This document shows positions 1 to 9,359 of a stretch of DNA of 64,000 nt, in pieces. Source of the stretch: Alphaproteobacteria bacterium UBA998 (GTDB lineage: Bacteria > Pseudomonadota > Alphaproteobacteria > Rickettsiales > UBA998). Both the position numbers and the translations under genes were made by a program. Numbering within the stretch: position 1 is the stretch's first letter; the number at the start of each line of letters is the position of its first letter. The stretch is taken from NCBI GenBank assembly GCA_002291925.1, contig DBAY01000030.1, positions 2,895-66,894 on the forward strand. The letters are read 5' to 3'. The notes below the pieces were generated by a model. The model was not told the origin of the DNA. It saw nothing but the letters and a program-made list of their open reading frames with translations, and did no database searches.

Positions 1-1
1 G

Positions 2-778
2 ATCGCGGCGACCATGGCCTCCACCGGCACGCCCGCCTACTTCGTGCATCCGAGCGAAGCCAGCCACGGCGATCTCGGCATGATCACGCCGCAGGACGCC
101 ATCATGATGCTCTCCAACTCCGGCGAGACGTCGGAGCTGGGCGACATGATCTCCTACGCCAAGCGCTTCGGCATCCCCATCATCGCGCTGGTGCGCCGCC
201 CGACCTCCATGCTGGTGGACGCGGCGGATGTGCCCGTCGTGCTCCCGGAGATTCCCGAGGCCTCGCCCACCGGCGCGCCGACCACCTCCACGCTGATGAT
301 GATGGCCTATGGCGACGCGCTGGCCATGGCGCTTCTGGAGCGCCGCGGGTTTGGCAAGGATGATTTCCGCGTCTATCACCCGGGCGGCAAGCTGGGCAAG
401 AACCTGCTTCGCGTGGCGGACCTCATGCACGGCCCGGACGCCCTGCCCATCGCGGGGCCGCAGGATCGCATGCGCGACGTGCTGGTCACCATCACAAAGC
501 ATGCGTTCGGTTGCGCGGGCGTGGTGGAGCAGGGCAAGCTCATTGGCATCATCACTGATGGTGATTTGCGCCGTCACATCCAGTCGGATTTCCTTGATCT
601 CCCCGCGCGCGAGGTGATGACGGCCAACCCCGTCACCGTGGCGCCGAAGATGCTGGTGGCCGAAGCCATCGCCATCATGAATGCCAAATCCATCACCAGC
701 CTGTTTGCGCTCGATGAGGCGGGCGCCCCGGCGGGGCTGCTGCATATCCATGACTGCCTGAGGGCAGGGGTCGCGTAA
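2..778 (+). CDS. kdsD: Arabinose-5-phosphate isomerase KdsD/KpsF, 5' end outside the window
   Basis: The frame is open from the window edge. It carries the SIS-type motif STGTPAYFVHPSEASHGDLGM followed by tandem CBS-like segments. It lies directly upstream of lptC-lptA-lptB. Confidence 0.85.
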   Translation: MAATMASTGTPAYFVHPSEASHGDLGMITPQDAIMMLSNSGETSELGDMISYAKRFGIPIIALVRRPTSMLVDAADVPVVLPEIPEASPTGAPTTSTLMMMAYGDALAMALLERRGFGKDDFRVYHPGGKLGKNLLRVADLMHGPDALPIAGPQDRMRDVLVTITKHAFGCAGVVEQGKLIGIITDGDLRRHIQSDFLDLPAREVMTANPVTVAPKMLVAEAIAIMNAKSITSLFALDEAGAPAGLLHIHDCLRAGVA

Positions 779-781
779 GCG

Positions 782-1405
782 ATGGCGCGCTTTGCCAGCA
801 GCTATGTCGAGCGCCGTCAGCAATTGCTGCAGATGCTCGGACGCCGCAGCCGCTTCGTGTTCATGAGCAAGATCGCGCTCGGCGTGATGATCACCTTGCT
901 GCTCGGCCTCATCATCATCCTGCCGCTGATGCAGGATGAAAGCCGCATCACCCTCACCAGTGAGGCGCCCGGCGAAGAATTGCAGCCGGTGATGGTGAAT
1001 CCGAAATTTCAGGGGATGGACGGCCAGAACCAGCCCTTCACGGTGACCGCCACCCGTGCCTCCCATACGGATGCCGACACAGTGCAGATGGAGAATATCC
1101 AGGCGGACATGACCATGAAGGACCGCACCTGGCTGGCGCTTTCCTCCAATACCGGCACGCTGAACCTGAAGGACCAGACGCTGCTGCTGGCAGGAAACGT
1201 GAAACTCTACCATGACCAAGGCTACGAATTCAGCACCGAGCGCGTGCGGATTGATACCGCCACCGGCAATGCGACCGGCGAATCGCCGCTTACCGGACAG
1301 GGCAGCATCGGAAATTTCCGCGCCGAGCAATTCTCTATTTTCGATAAGGGCGAGAGGATGGTACTCTCTGGCCACGTCACCATGACCCTGAGGCCCGATG
1401 CGTAA
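782..1405 (+). CDS. lptC: LPS export system protein LptC
   Basis: Single N-terminal TM helix (IALGVMITLLLGLIIILPLM) followed by a beta-rich periplasmic domain. It sits between kdsD and lptA and overlaps the lptA start. Confidence 0.7.
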   Translation: MARFASSYVERRQQLLQMLGRRSRFVFMSKIALGVMITLLLGLIIILPLMQDESRITLTSEAPGEELQPVMVNPKFQGMDGQNQPFTVTATRASHTDADTVQMENIQADMTMKDRTWLALSSNTGTLNLKDQTLLLAGNVKLYHDQGYEFSTERVRIDTATGNATGESPLTGQGSIGNFRAEQFSIFDKGERMVLSGHVTMTLRPDA

Positions 1406-1931
1406 GCTTTCAGCCCTGCTTTTCCTTCTGCTGGCCTCGCCGGCGCTGGCCCAATCGCTTCCCGGTGGCGACAGCAATGCACCGATTGAGATTAACGCAG
1501 ACCGGCTGGAAGTGGTGCAGCCTGAACAGAAAGCCATTTTCTCCGGCAATGTGGAAGCGACGCAGGGAAAGATAAAACTCAACTCCGACCGCATGACCGT
1601 GTTTTACCGCCCGGCGGGCGAGGGGGGCGGGCAGTCGGGGGTTTCGCGCATCGAGGTGGCGGGTAACGTCAAGATGAACACCCCCACCGAATTCGCCAGC
1701 GGCGACCGGGGCGTCTACAACGTCGATAACAAGCAAATCCTTGTGTTTGGTAACGTCCTGCTGCGTCGTGATAAAAATGTTCTGAATGGCGACCGTCTGG
1801 AGTATAATCTCCAGACGGGCCGCAGCCTGCTCACCTCCGGGGATACGGGTGCCCCGGTCGGTGCGACCACTGGTGCAACCAGCGGGGGCGGGCGCGTGAA
1901 GGGGGTCTTCATCCCCAAAGCGAAGGAGTAA
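1398..1931 (+). CDS. lptA: LPS transport periplasmic protein LptA (OstA-like)
   Basis: Signal peptide MRKLSALLFLLLASPALA. OstA-type repeats (IEINADRLEV..., FSGNVEATQG, AGNVKMNTP). Conserved lptC-lptA-lptB order. Confidence 0.8.
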   Translation: MRKLSALLFLLLASPALAQSLPGGDSNAPIEINADRLEVVQPEQKAIFSGNVEATQGKIKLNSDRMTVFYRPAGEGGGQSGVSRIEVAGNVKMNTPTEFASGDRGVYNVDNKQILVFGNVLLRRDKNVLNGDRLEYNLQTGRSLLTSGDTGAPVGATTGATSGGGRVKGVFIPKAKE

Positions 1932-1934
1932 GCC

Positions 1935-2714
1935 ATGCAGCCAGCCGACGCACCCGAAGGATACACGCAAGGCCCCGTCCTTATCATGAAGGAATCCGGC
2001 CTGCAGGTGCGTCACCTCGGCAAGCGTTACGGCAAGCGCCGCGTGGTGCGTGATGTGAGCCTGTACGTGGATCGCGGCGAGGCGGTGGGCCTGCTCGGTC
2101 CCAACGGCGCGGGCAAGACGACCTGCTTCTACATGATCACCGGCCTTGTGCGTGCCGACCATGGCAACATCCTGCTCGATGGCAATGACATCACCCCGCT
2201 GCCCATGTATCGCCGCGCGCGGCTGGGTATCGGCTACCTGCCGCAGGAAACCTCCATTTTCCGTGGTATGACGGTGGAGCAGAACATCCTCTCCATGCTG
2301 GAAGTGAACGAGCCGGAGGTGGATCGCCGCCAGGGCATTCTCGATGACCTGCTCGCGGAATTTTCCATCTCCCACCTGCGCAACGCCCCGGCGGCGCAGC
2401 TCTCCGGCGGGGAGCGGCGGCGCGTGGAAATTGCCCGTGGGCTGGCGTGCCACCCGTCCTACATCCTGCTCGATGAGCCGCTGGCAGGCATCGACCCAAT
2501 TGCCGTCTCCGACATCCGCGACATCGTCTCGCACCTGAAGGATCGTGGCATCGGCGTGCTGATTACCGACCACAATGTGCGCGAGACGCTCGACATCATC
2601 GACCGCGCCTACATCATCCATGACGGCGTGGTGCTGATGGAAGGCCGCCCGGATGAAATCGTCGGCAATGCCGAGGTGCGGCGCGTCTATCTCGGCGAGC
2701 GGTTCAGTCTGTAG
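1935..2714 (+). CDS. lptB: LPS export ABC transporter ATP-binding protein LptB
   Basis: Walker [10 protein letters not shown], signature [13 protein letters not shown], Walker B ILLDEP. AAGGAG lies 8 nt before the ATG at 1935; an alternative start at 1986 ([11 protein letters not shown]) is possible. Confidence 0.95.
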   Translation: MQPADAPEGYTQGPVLIMKESGLQVRHLGKRYGKRRVVRDVSLYVDRGEAVGLLGPNGAGKTTCFYMITGLVRADHGNILLDGNDITPLPMYRRARLGIGYLPQETSIFRGMTVEQNILSMLEVNEPEVDRRQGILDDLLAEFSISHLRNAPAAQLSGGERRRVEIARGLACHPSYILLDEPLAGIDPIAVSDIRDIVSHLKDRGIGVLITDHNVRETLDIIDRAYIIHDGVVLMEGRPDEIVGNAEVRRVYLGERFSL

Positions 2715-2717
2715 GAC

Positions 2718-4151
2718 ATGAGTACACGTCCCTCCCTGGAGCTACGGCAATCCCAAAGCCTGGTGATGACCCAGCAATTGCAGCAATCCATCAAGATGCT
2801 GCAAATGTCGGCCATCGACCTTCAGGAATTCGTACTCACCGAAGTGCAGCGCAATCCGCTGCTTTCGCTGGGGGATGGCGACGGCGAGGCGCGCGAGACG
2901 GAATGGGAGGCCGCGCCCGGTGAGGACGGCGCCACCGCCCAGCTCGACACCAACGAGGAAAGCTGGTGGGGAGAGGGCGCGGAGGATCATGCGGCAGAGC
3001 GCCGCTATGAGATTGGCAGTGATTTTGACGGTACAGCGGGCGACGTCATCGAGCAGCGCTACAGTGAGGCCCCGTCGCTGCGCGAGCATGTGCGTGCCCA
3101 GATCAATCCGCTGATTGCCGACGCGGCGGAGCGGCTCATCGCCTTGCACCTTACCGACATGCTCGACGATAACGGCTACCTACTTGAGGACACGCGCGGG
3201 CTGGCACAGGCGCTGGGCACCGATGAAGCCTCCATCGAGCGCCTCATCCGCCGCCTGCAGGCCTGCGAGCCCACCGGCGTCTTTGCGCGGGACTTGAAGG
3301 AATGCCTGCGCCTGCAACTGGAAGAGAGGCACCTCCTGACGCCTGTCACCGTAGCGTTCCTCACCCATATGCACTTGCTGGCCGAGGGCGAGAGCAAGAA
3401 ACTCGCCAAACTCTGCGGGATGGACGATAGCGGCTTTCAGGAAACGCTGGCCCTCATCCGCACGCTCAACCCCAAGCCCGGCAACCGCTATGGCAGCGAG
3501 CGGGTGGAGACGATGATCCCGGACGTCCTGGTCAAGCGCGGCCCGGATCGGCAATGGCGAGTGGAAGTGAACCCCGACGCATTGCCCAAGGTGCTGGTCA
3601 ACCGCCAGTATCATGATGTGATTCACGCGAAGGTGACCTCACGCGATGACCGCAAATTCGTCAACGAGCAGCTCAGCCACGCCAACTGGCTGGTGAAGGC
3701 GCTTGATCAGCGCGCCAGCAACATGCTGAAAGTGGCCACTGAGATCGTGCGCTGGCAGAAGGACTTCCTCGAGCGCGGCATTCATTACCTCAAGCCCATG
3801 AAGCTGAGCGATATCGCCGCCGCCGCCCAGGTGCATGAGAGCACCGTCAGCCGCATCAGCGCGCAGAAATACATGGCAACGCCGCGCGGCACGTTCGAGA
3901 TGAAGTATTTCTTCTCCACGTCCGTCGGCGGTGAGGATGGGGAAGGGTCCTCCAACCGTGTTATCATGCATGAGATAAAGCATATGATTGCCGCCGAATC
4001 GCCGGATGACATCCTATCCGACGACACCATCGCCCGCATTCTCAAGGAGCGCGGGATGGACGTGGCGCGGCGGACGGTAGTGAAATACCGCCAACAGCTT
4101 GATATTCCGTCCTCCGTTGACCGACGGAAACAAAAGAAGCCCATAAACTAA
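2718..4151 (+). CDS. rpoN: RNA polymerase sigma-54 factor RpoN
   Basis: N-terminal Q/L-rich region I (LELRQSQSLVMTQQLQQSIKMLQMS). C-terminal HTH and RpoN box (ARRTVVKYRQQL). Lies downstream of lptB. Confidence 0.95.
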   Translation: MSTRPSLELRQSQSLVMTQQLQQSIKMLQMSAIDLQEFVLTEVQRNPLLSLGDGDGEARETEWEAAPGEDGATAQLDTNEESWWGEGAEDHAAERRYEIGSDFDGTAGDVIEQRYSEAPSLREHVRAQINPLIADAAERLIALHLTDMLDDNGYLLEDTRGLAQALGTDEASIERLIRRLQACEPTGVFARDLKECLRLQLEERHLLTPVTVAFLTHMHLLAEGESKKLAKLCGMDDSGFQETLALIRTLNPKPGNRYGSERVETMIPDVLVKRGPDRQWRVEVNPDALPKVLVNRQYHDVIHAKVTSRDDRKFVNEQLSHANWLVKALDQRASNMLKVATEIVRWQKDFLERGIHYLKPMKLSDIAAAAQVHESTVSRISAQKYMATPRGTFEMKYFFSTSVGGEDGEGSSNRVIMHEIKHMIAAESPDDILSDDTIARILKERGMDVARRTVVKYRQQLDIPSSVDRRKQKKPIN

Positions 4152-4221
4152 TCGTTTCTTTACATGTTAACGGTAAAGCTTGATGAGATATTTAAGGCTG
4201 ATTTGTTAGGAATAAGAATTT

Positions 4222-5502
4222 ATGCTGAAGGATGAAAATGGTTTTACAAGAGCCAGCAATGAATTGCCTGCCCAGCAGCACAGCTTTGTTGTGGAAATAG
4301 AAAACTTTCTTTCGGCTCTGGCCAAATATAGCTCTTTTTTAGAGGAACGCTGCGCCGCCATGGAGCGTCAGTTGCGTTCAGCGCATGGAGTTCATCACGA
4401 GCTGCCAGCATCTGCGGAACACACTCCGGTGAAGAAAGGCGATCTCGCGCCCCTCACCCCTCTGCTGGAAGATGCCTCTGTAGATGACATTATGATCAAT
4501 GGGCCGGACACGATCTATTTTGAGCGCGCCGGCACGATTGAGCCGTCCGAGATTCGCTTCAGTTCCCATGAGGCGCTCGAGCATTTTACAGAAAACCTCA
4601 TGGCCTCCATGGGCCTGCGCATGCAGCCGGACCGCCCGTTCATCGACGCGCGGCTCCCGGATGGATCGCGCGTCAATATCGTATTGCCGCCGCTTTCGGT
4701 GGATGGCATCAGCATTTCCATCCGCAAGATTGGCCACACCATACATTAGCTGGATTCGCTAGCGCAAAATGGTTCGCTGTCCAAGCAAATGGCTGAGTTT
4801 CTGAAAGTCTGTGCTTCGGTAAGGCTTAACATCGTGGTGGCCGGTGGCACGGGCGCGGGTAAGACAACCCTGCTCAACTCCATTGCCAATCATATTCGGC
4901 CGGGCGAGCGCATTGTTACCATTGAAAACCCAGCGGAGCTGCGTCTGACCGCCCCCAACGTGGTGCGGCTGGAATGGGTTGAGAATCATACCATGTTGCA
5001 ACGCATTACCCCGCGCGACCTCGTGAAGAACGCGCTGCGCATGCGGCCTAACCGCATCATCGTGGGCGAGGTGCGCGGAGCGGAAGCCTTCGACATGATG
5101 CAGGCGATGAATACCGGCCATGAAGGCTCGCTTACCACCATCCACGCGAATACCCCGCGTGACTGTCTTGGGCGTATTGAGAACATGATCAGCATGGCAG
5201 ATCTTAACCTCCCGCCCGCCTCGGTTCGCAAGCAGATCGCCACCGCCATTCACCTGATTGTCCAGATCATGCGGTCTGAAGATGGCGTGCGGCGGGTCAC
5301 GAAGATTTCTGAAGTCGTCGGCATGGAAAGCGATATGATTGTTATGCAAGACATCTTCAGTTTCAAGCAGACCGGGGTGGATGAGAAGGGCTGCGTGCTT
5401 GGACAGCATGTCTGGGGCGGCATTTTTCCCAAGCATCAGGAGCTCAGTCGTGCGTTGCGCGAGGCTGGTATGCTGACTATCGTAGGTGGCCTGAAATCCT
5501 GA
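4222..5502 (+). pseudogene. CpaF/TadA-family secretion ATPase paralog interrupted by one in-frame TAG (4747..4749)
   Basis: ORFs 4222..4749 and 4789..5502 are in the same frame. The 13 codons between them are open and align without gaps to the intact paralog downstream. Motifs: IMINGPDTIYFER, Walker A GGTGAGKTT, IIVGEVRG, MQAMNTGHEGSLTTIHAN. Confidence 0.8.
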
Positions 5503-5561
5503 TGATAGAACGCGCTGCACGCCCGCAACATTCATGTTCTCTTAAGAACTTCCTTGTATAG

Positions 5562-6881
5562 ATGGGCAGCAAGCTCTCTCGAGTGCGTTTTAACAATGAG
5601 TGCGTCATGGATGGAATGTCGGTCGAAGCCCTGCTTAGTTATGTGCAGAACCTTGAGCAGCAGCTGACTGAATTGCGCCAGCATATGCCACGCCTGAGCG
5701 GTAATGGTCATGTAACTGAAGGCGGGTTCCAACACGCCGTTGGAGCACCCTCGCGCCACGCTGAAGTGCAGGCGCTGACCACCCAGTTCGTCGAACAGCT
5801 TTCGCATATGGGGCCACTGCAGCCGTTGCTGGAGGATGATGGCATCAACGATATTCTCATCAATGGGCCGGACTCCATCTATGTCGAGCGGCATGGCAAA
5901 TTGCAACGCACCGACATTACCTTTCCAAACGATTCCGAGGTATTGCAGATCGCCGACAAAATTGCCAAGGCGGTCGGTCGTCACATCAATCCGGCCCGTC
6001 CGCTGGTGGATGCTCGTCTTCTGGACGGGTCCCGCGTCAATATCATCGCGCCGCCGCTGGCGGTGGATGGTACTTCCATCTCTATCCGTAAATTTGCCAA
6101 GCGCGCCATCACACTCGACATGATGAAAGAGCAGGGCAACATCTCCGACCAGCTTGGGGAATTCCTGAAAATTGTCGGCAAGTGCAGGCTGAATACCATC
6201 ATTTCCGGTGGTACCGGTTCCGGTAAAACCACGTTGCTCAACGGTGTCTCGCGTTTTATCGATGATGCCGAGCGCATCGTGACCATCGAGGACGCCGCCG
6301 AATTGCGCCTGCAGCAGCCGCATGTAGTAAGGCTGGAGACAAAGCCTGTCACCTTCGGGCAGTTCCGTGAAGATGAAGTCACCATGCGCGATTTGGTAAA
6401 GAACGCACTGCGCATGCGCCCGGATCGCATTATCGTAGGCGAGGTGCGCGGCCCGGAGGCTTTCGACATGATGCAGGCGATGAACACGGGCCATGAAGGC
6501 TCGCTCACCACCATCCACGCCAACCACCCACGCGATTGCCTGTCCCGTCTGGAGAACATGATCGGCATGGCGAATCTGGGCCTGCCCACGCGTTCCATCC
6601 GCTCGCAGATCGCCTCGGCCATCAATATCATTATCCAGATCAGCCGCATGCGCGACGGTCACCGCCGCGTCACCTATGTGAGCGAGATCATCGGCATGGA
6701 GCAGGACGTCATCACCATGCAGGACCTCTTCGCCTACCACGTGACGGGCGAGGAAAACGGCCGCCTGCGCGGCGAGTTCAAGTGGACGGGCATCATGCCC
6801 CGTTTCCTGCGCCGCGTGGCTTATTACGGTGAGCAAGACCGTCTGGCCGCCTGCCTCGGCGTGCGCCTCCCGAAATTCTAG
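5562..6881 (+). CDS. cpaF: CpaF/TadA-family type II/IV secretion ATPase (intact paralog)
   Basis: ILINGPDSIYVERHGKL, PLVDARLLDGSRVNIIAPPLAVDGTSISIRKF, Walker A GGTGSGKTT, IVTIEDAAELRL, IIVGEVRGPEAFDMMQAMNTGHEGSLTTIHAN. The start codon is uncertain; alternative Met codons lie a few codons downstream. Confidence 0.9.
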   Translation: MGSKLSRVRFNNECVMDGMSVEALLSYVQNLEQQLTELRQHMPRLSGNGHVTEGGFQHAVGAPSRHAEVQALTTQFVEQLSHMGPLQPLLEDDGINDILINGPDSIYVERHGKLQRTDITFPNDSEVLQIADKIAKAVGRHINPARPLVDARLLDGSRVNIIAPPLAVDGTSISIRKFAKRAITLDMMKEQGNISDQLGEFLKIVGKCRLNTIISGGTGSGKTTLLNGVSRFIDDAERIVTIEDAAELRLQQPHVVRLETKPVTFGQFREDEVTMRDLVKNALRMRPDRIIVGEVRGPEAFDMMQAMNTGHEGSLTTIHANHPRDCLSRLENMIGMANLGLPTRSIRSQIASAINIIIQISRMRDGHRRVTYVSEIIGMEQDVITMQDLFAYHVTGEENGRLRGEFKWTGIMPRFLRRVAYYGEQDRLAACLGVRLPKF

Positions 6882-6911
6882 CATCGTTCGTTTACGTGAA
6901 AGCGATGGGTG

Positions 6912-6927
6912 TGGCCTATCGGCTGCT
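6912..6927 (+). promoter_or_regulatory. Candidate sigma-54 (-24/-12) promoter-like motif upstream of hpf
   Basis: TGGCCTATCGGCTGCT has GG and GC at the canonical spacing of TGGCAC-N5-TTGC. It sits 76 nt upstream of the hpf ATG. A TATAAT hexamer also occurs at 6952..6957. Confidence 0.25.
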
Positions 6928-7002
6928 TTCCAAAATGCTGCGTTTGCGCTATAATTAATCCCAGTTTTCTGACGATCATTACCACGAAGAAAAGAGGCTT
7001 TT

Positions 7003-7587
7003 ATGAAGATCAATGTCTCCGGCAGGCATATGGATGTAGGCGAATCGCTACGTTCGCACATCGAAACCAAGGTGCAGGAGGGGGTTCATAAGTACATGGA
7101 TCGTGTCACCGCCCTGAACGTCGTGGTTTCAAAGGAAAAGAACGCCTTTTGCGTGGATATCATTGGCAATATCGGCACCCATGCCGGCATGGTGGTGAAG
7201 GCCAGCGCGCGCGGCGATGATGTCTATGCCACCTTCGACGCCTCCGAGGCAAAAATGGAAAAGCAGCTGCGCCGCTACAAGCGTAAGCTGACCAGCCACC
7301 ATACCGAGAAAGTTGGCCTGCCCGAAGCACAGGCAACCCCCGTGCGCGGTGTGAAATACGTGATCGCCGACCATGAGGAAGAAGCCCATGACGCGCCGGT
7401 GGTGATTGCCGAGAAGGCGACCGAGATCGAGCACCTGACGGTGAGCGAGGCGGTGATGCGCATGGACCTCTCCGACCTCCCGGCCCTGATGTTCATCAAC
7501 ACCGCGCATGGCCGCGTGAACGTGGTCTATCGCCGCGCCGATGGTAATATCTCCTGGGTCGACCCGGCGGCCAGCCTCGCGGCCTGA
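7003..7587 (+). CDS. hpf: Ribosome hibernation promoting factor, long form (sigma-54 modulation protein family)
   Basis: MKINVSGRHMDVGESLRSHIETKV and EKQLRRYKRKL motifs, plus a C-terminal dimerisation extension. Lies in the rpoN neighbourhood. Confidence 0.9.
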   Translation: MKINVSGRHMDVGESLRSHIETKVQEGVHKYMDRVTALNVVVSKEKNAFCVDIIGNIGTHAGMVVKASARGDDVYATFDASEAKMEKQLRRYKRKLTSHHTEKVGLPEAQATPVRGVKYVIADHEEEAHDAPVVIAEKATEIEHLTVSEAVMRMDLSDLPALMFINTAHGRVNVVYRRADGNISWVDPAASLAA

Positions 7588-7596
7588 TTCCTGTCC

Positions 7597-8052
7597 ATGA
7601 GCGCCAGCCCGCCCCTGCATGGCACATGCATCGTCTGGCAGGGGCGGGGGCTGCTCATCCTGGGTGAGCCGGGCAGTGGCAAATCCTCCTTTGCCCTCGA
7701 ATGCATTGATCAAGGAGCGGCGCTCGTGGCCGATGATGCGGTGGTGGTGAGTGCCGCGCCCGACGCGCCGCTGGCTAGTGCGCCGGAAACGCTACGTGGC
7801 CTTCTGGCCTTGCGCGACTTGGGCATTCTGTCCCTGCCATGTGCTGAGAGTGCGCCGCTTTCCATGGTGGTGCGTCTTGCCGACAATGTGGGACGCTCGA
7901 CTGAAGTCATCGGCGCCCATGCCTTACCCTGCCTGACCTTCCCACGTACCTACCCTGTGCGGCTGGCGCTGGTGCGTCACCTGATACAGGCCGCGTCCAT
8001 CGCGGATGCCTGGCTGGCCGAGGACTGGCGTCCGGAAAGGGTGCCCGCCTGA
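7597..8052 (+). CDS. hprK: Short HPr kinase/phosphorylase (C-terminal domain only, alphaproteobacterial type)
   Basis: HGTCIVWQGRGLLILGEPGSGKSSFALECI P-loop. About 150 aa, lacking the N-terminal domain. Followed by rapZ, EIIA-Man and HPr genes. Confidence 0.8.
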   Translation: MSASPPLHGTCIVWQGRGLLILGEPGSGKSSFALECIDQGAALVADDAVVVSAAPDAPLASAPETLRGLLALRDLGILSLPCAESAPLSMVVRLADNVGRSTEVIGAHALPCLTFPRTYPVRLALVRHLIQAASIADAWLAEDWRPERVPA

Positions 8053-8900
8053 TGCGTATCGTGATGGTGATCGGCTTTTCCGGCGCGGGAAAGTCTGTGG
8101 CGCTCAAAACCTTTGCCGATCTCGGGTTTGAGGCCATCGATAATCTGCCGATTCCAACGATTCCGCTGGTGGTGAAGGGGCTGGCGAGCGCGCGTACCCG
8201 TCTTGCGCTCTGTTCGGATGTACGCTCCCGCGATTTCTCGGCGGATCAGTTCCTTGCTGTGCATGAGGCCTTGCGGCGCGAGTATCCGGACGCGGTGGTA
8301 GAGCTGGTCTTCCTCACGTGCGATGAGCAGGTGCTGCTGCGCCGCTTTACCGAGACGAGGCACCGGCACCCGCTGGCGCTCGACCGTCCCATTGAGGACG
8401 GCATTCGTCTGGAGGCCCAGCTGCTCAGCCGGGTGCGCGATCAGGCTGATGTCATCCTTGACACCAGTGAGTTCGGCCCACATGACCTGAAACGCGTGCT
8501 TTCCGACCGCTACAGCGACGGGCAGCCGACGCTGAAAGTCAACCTCGTCTCGTTTTCCTTCCGTCGTGGCCTGCCGCGCGAGGCGGACATGGTGATAGAT
8601 GCGCGTTTTCTAAGGAACCCGCATTATGACGAGGTGCTTAGACCGCAAACAGGTCAGAGCGCTGAGGTAGGTAGCTATATTCGGCAAGACCCTGATTTCG
8701 AGCTCTTTTTTGATCAGCTCACCCGCCAGATCGATTTCCTGCTGCCCCGTTACGCCCGCGAGGGGAAGAGCTATTTTACGCTGGCCATCGGCTGCACGGG
8801 GGGCAAACACCGCTCCGTTCACCTCGTCGAGTCGTTGGCAGAATACCTCCGCGACCGGAAAATCCATTGTTTTGTCCGGCATCGCGAGCTTGAGGGTTGA
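8052..8900 (+). CDS. rapZ: RNase adapter protein RapZ (YhbJ family, P-loop)
   Basis: MRIVMVIGFSGAGKSVALKTFADLGFEAIDNLP N-terminus and C-terminal IGCTGGKHRSV motif. Confidence 0.9.
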   Translation: MRIVMVIGFSGAGKSVALKTFADLGFEAIDNLPIPTIPLVVKGLASARTRLALCSDVRSRDFSADQFLAVHEALRREYPDAVVELVFLTCDEQVLLRRFTETRHRHPLALDRPIEDGIRLEAQLLSRVRDQADVILDTSEFGPHDLKRVLSDRYSDGQPTLKVNLVSFSFRRGLPREADMVIDARFLRNPHYDEVLRPQTGQSAEVGSYIRQDPDFELFFDQLTRQIDFLLPRYAREGKSYFTLAIGCTGGKHRSVHLVESLAEYLRDRKIHCFVRHRELEG

Positions 8901-8955
8901 CAGAATTGCGTGACGGGTATTGTGCTACTGTGGTGAAATTTTCAGCGGACAAAAC

Positions 8956-9357
8956 ATGATCGGTGTCGTTTTGGTCACCCACGGCAATCTGGCGAAGGAA
9001 TTCCTCGGCATTTGCGAGCACATCATGGGCCCGCAGGAGCGCATTGAGACGGTATGTATCGCTCCTGGCGATGACATGGAGCTGCGCCGCGAAGATATCT
9101 TGCGCGCCAGCGAGGCGGTCGACACGGGAAGTGGGGTGGTTATCCTCACCGACATGTTTGGTGGCACCCCGTCCAACCTTGCTATTTCCGTCATGAACAA
9201 TGACAAGATTGAAGTGCTGGCAGGGATGAATCTTCCCATGCTTATCAAGCTTATCAGCGTGCGCGGGGCTCTGCCACTCAGCCAGGTGGTGCTACAGGCT
9301 CAGGAATCCGGGCGGAAATACGTGAATATTGCTCGTAACCTTTTGAAGAAAGGTTAG
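8956..9357 (+). CDS. PTS EIIA component, mannose/fructose family
   Basis: MIGVVLVTHGNLAKEF (phospho-His context) and LTDMFGGTPSN motif. The ORF-track start at 8920 is probably too far upstream. Confidence 0.85.
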   Translation: MIGVVLVTHGNLAKEFLGICEHIMGPQERIETVCIAPGDDMELRREDILRASEAVDTGSGVVILTDMFGGTPSNLAISVMNNDKIEVLAGMNLPMLIKLISVRGALPLSQVVLQAQESGRKYVNIARNLLKKG

Positions 9358-9359
9358 TC

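Noticed and set aside
1410-2621. 403-aa minus-strand ORF spanning lptA and lptB.
   Set aside because: It is antisense to two genes with unmistakable motifs. Its R/H/A/G-rich composition is typical of shadow ORFs in high-GC DNA.
4759-7070. Minus-strand ORFs of 258 aa (4759..5535) and 512 aa (5532..7070) opposite the cpaF paralogs.
   Set aside because: The plus-strand translations carry complete CpaF motifs. The minus-strand products are low-complexity D/H/R/A-rich with no motifs.
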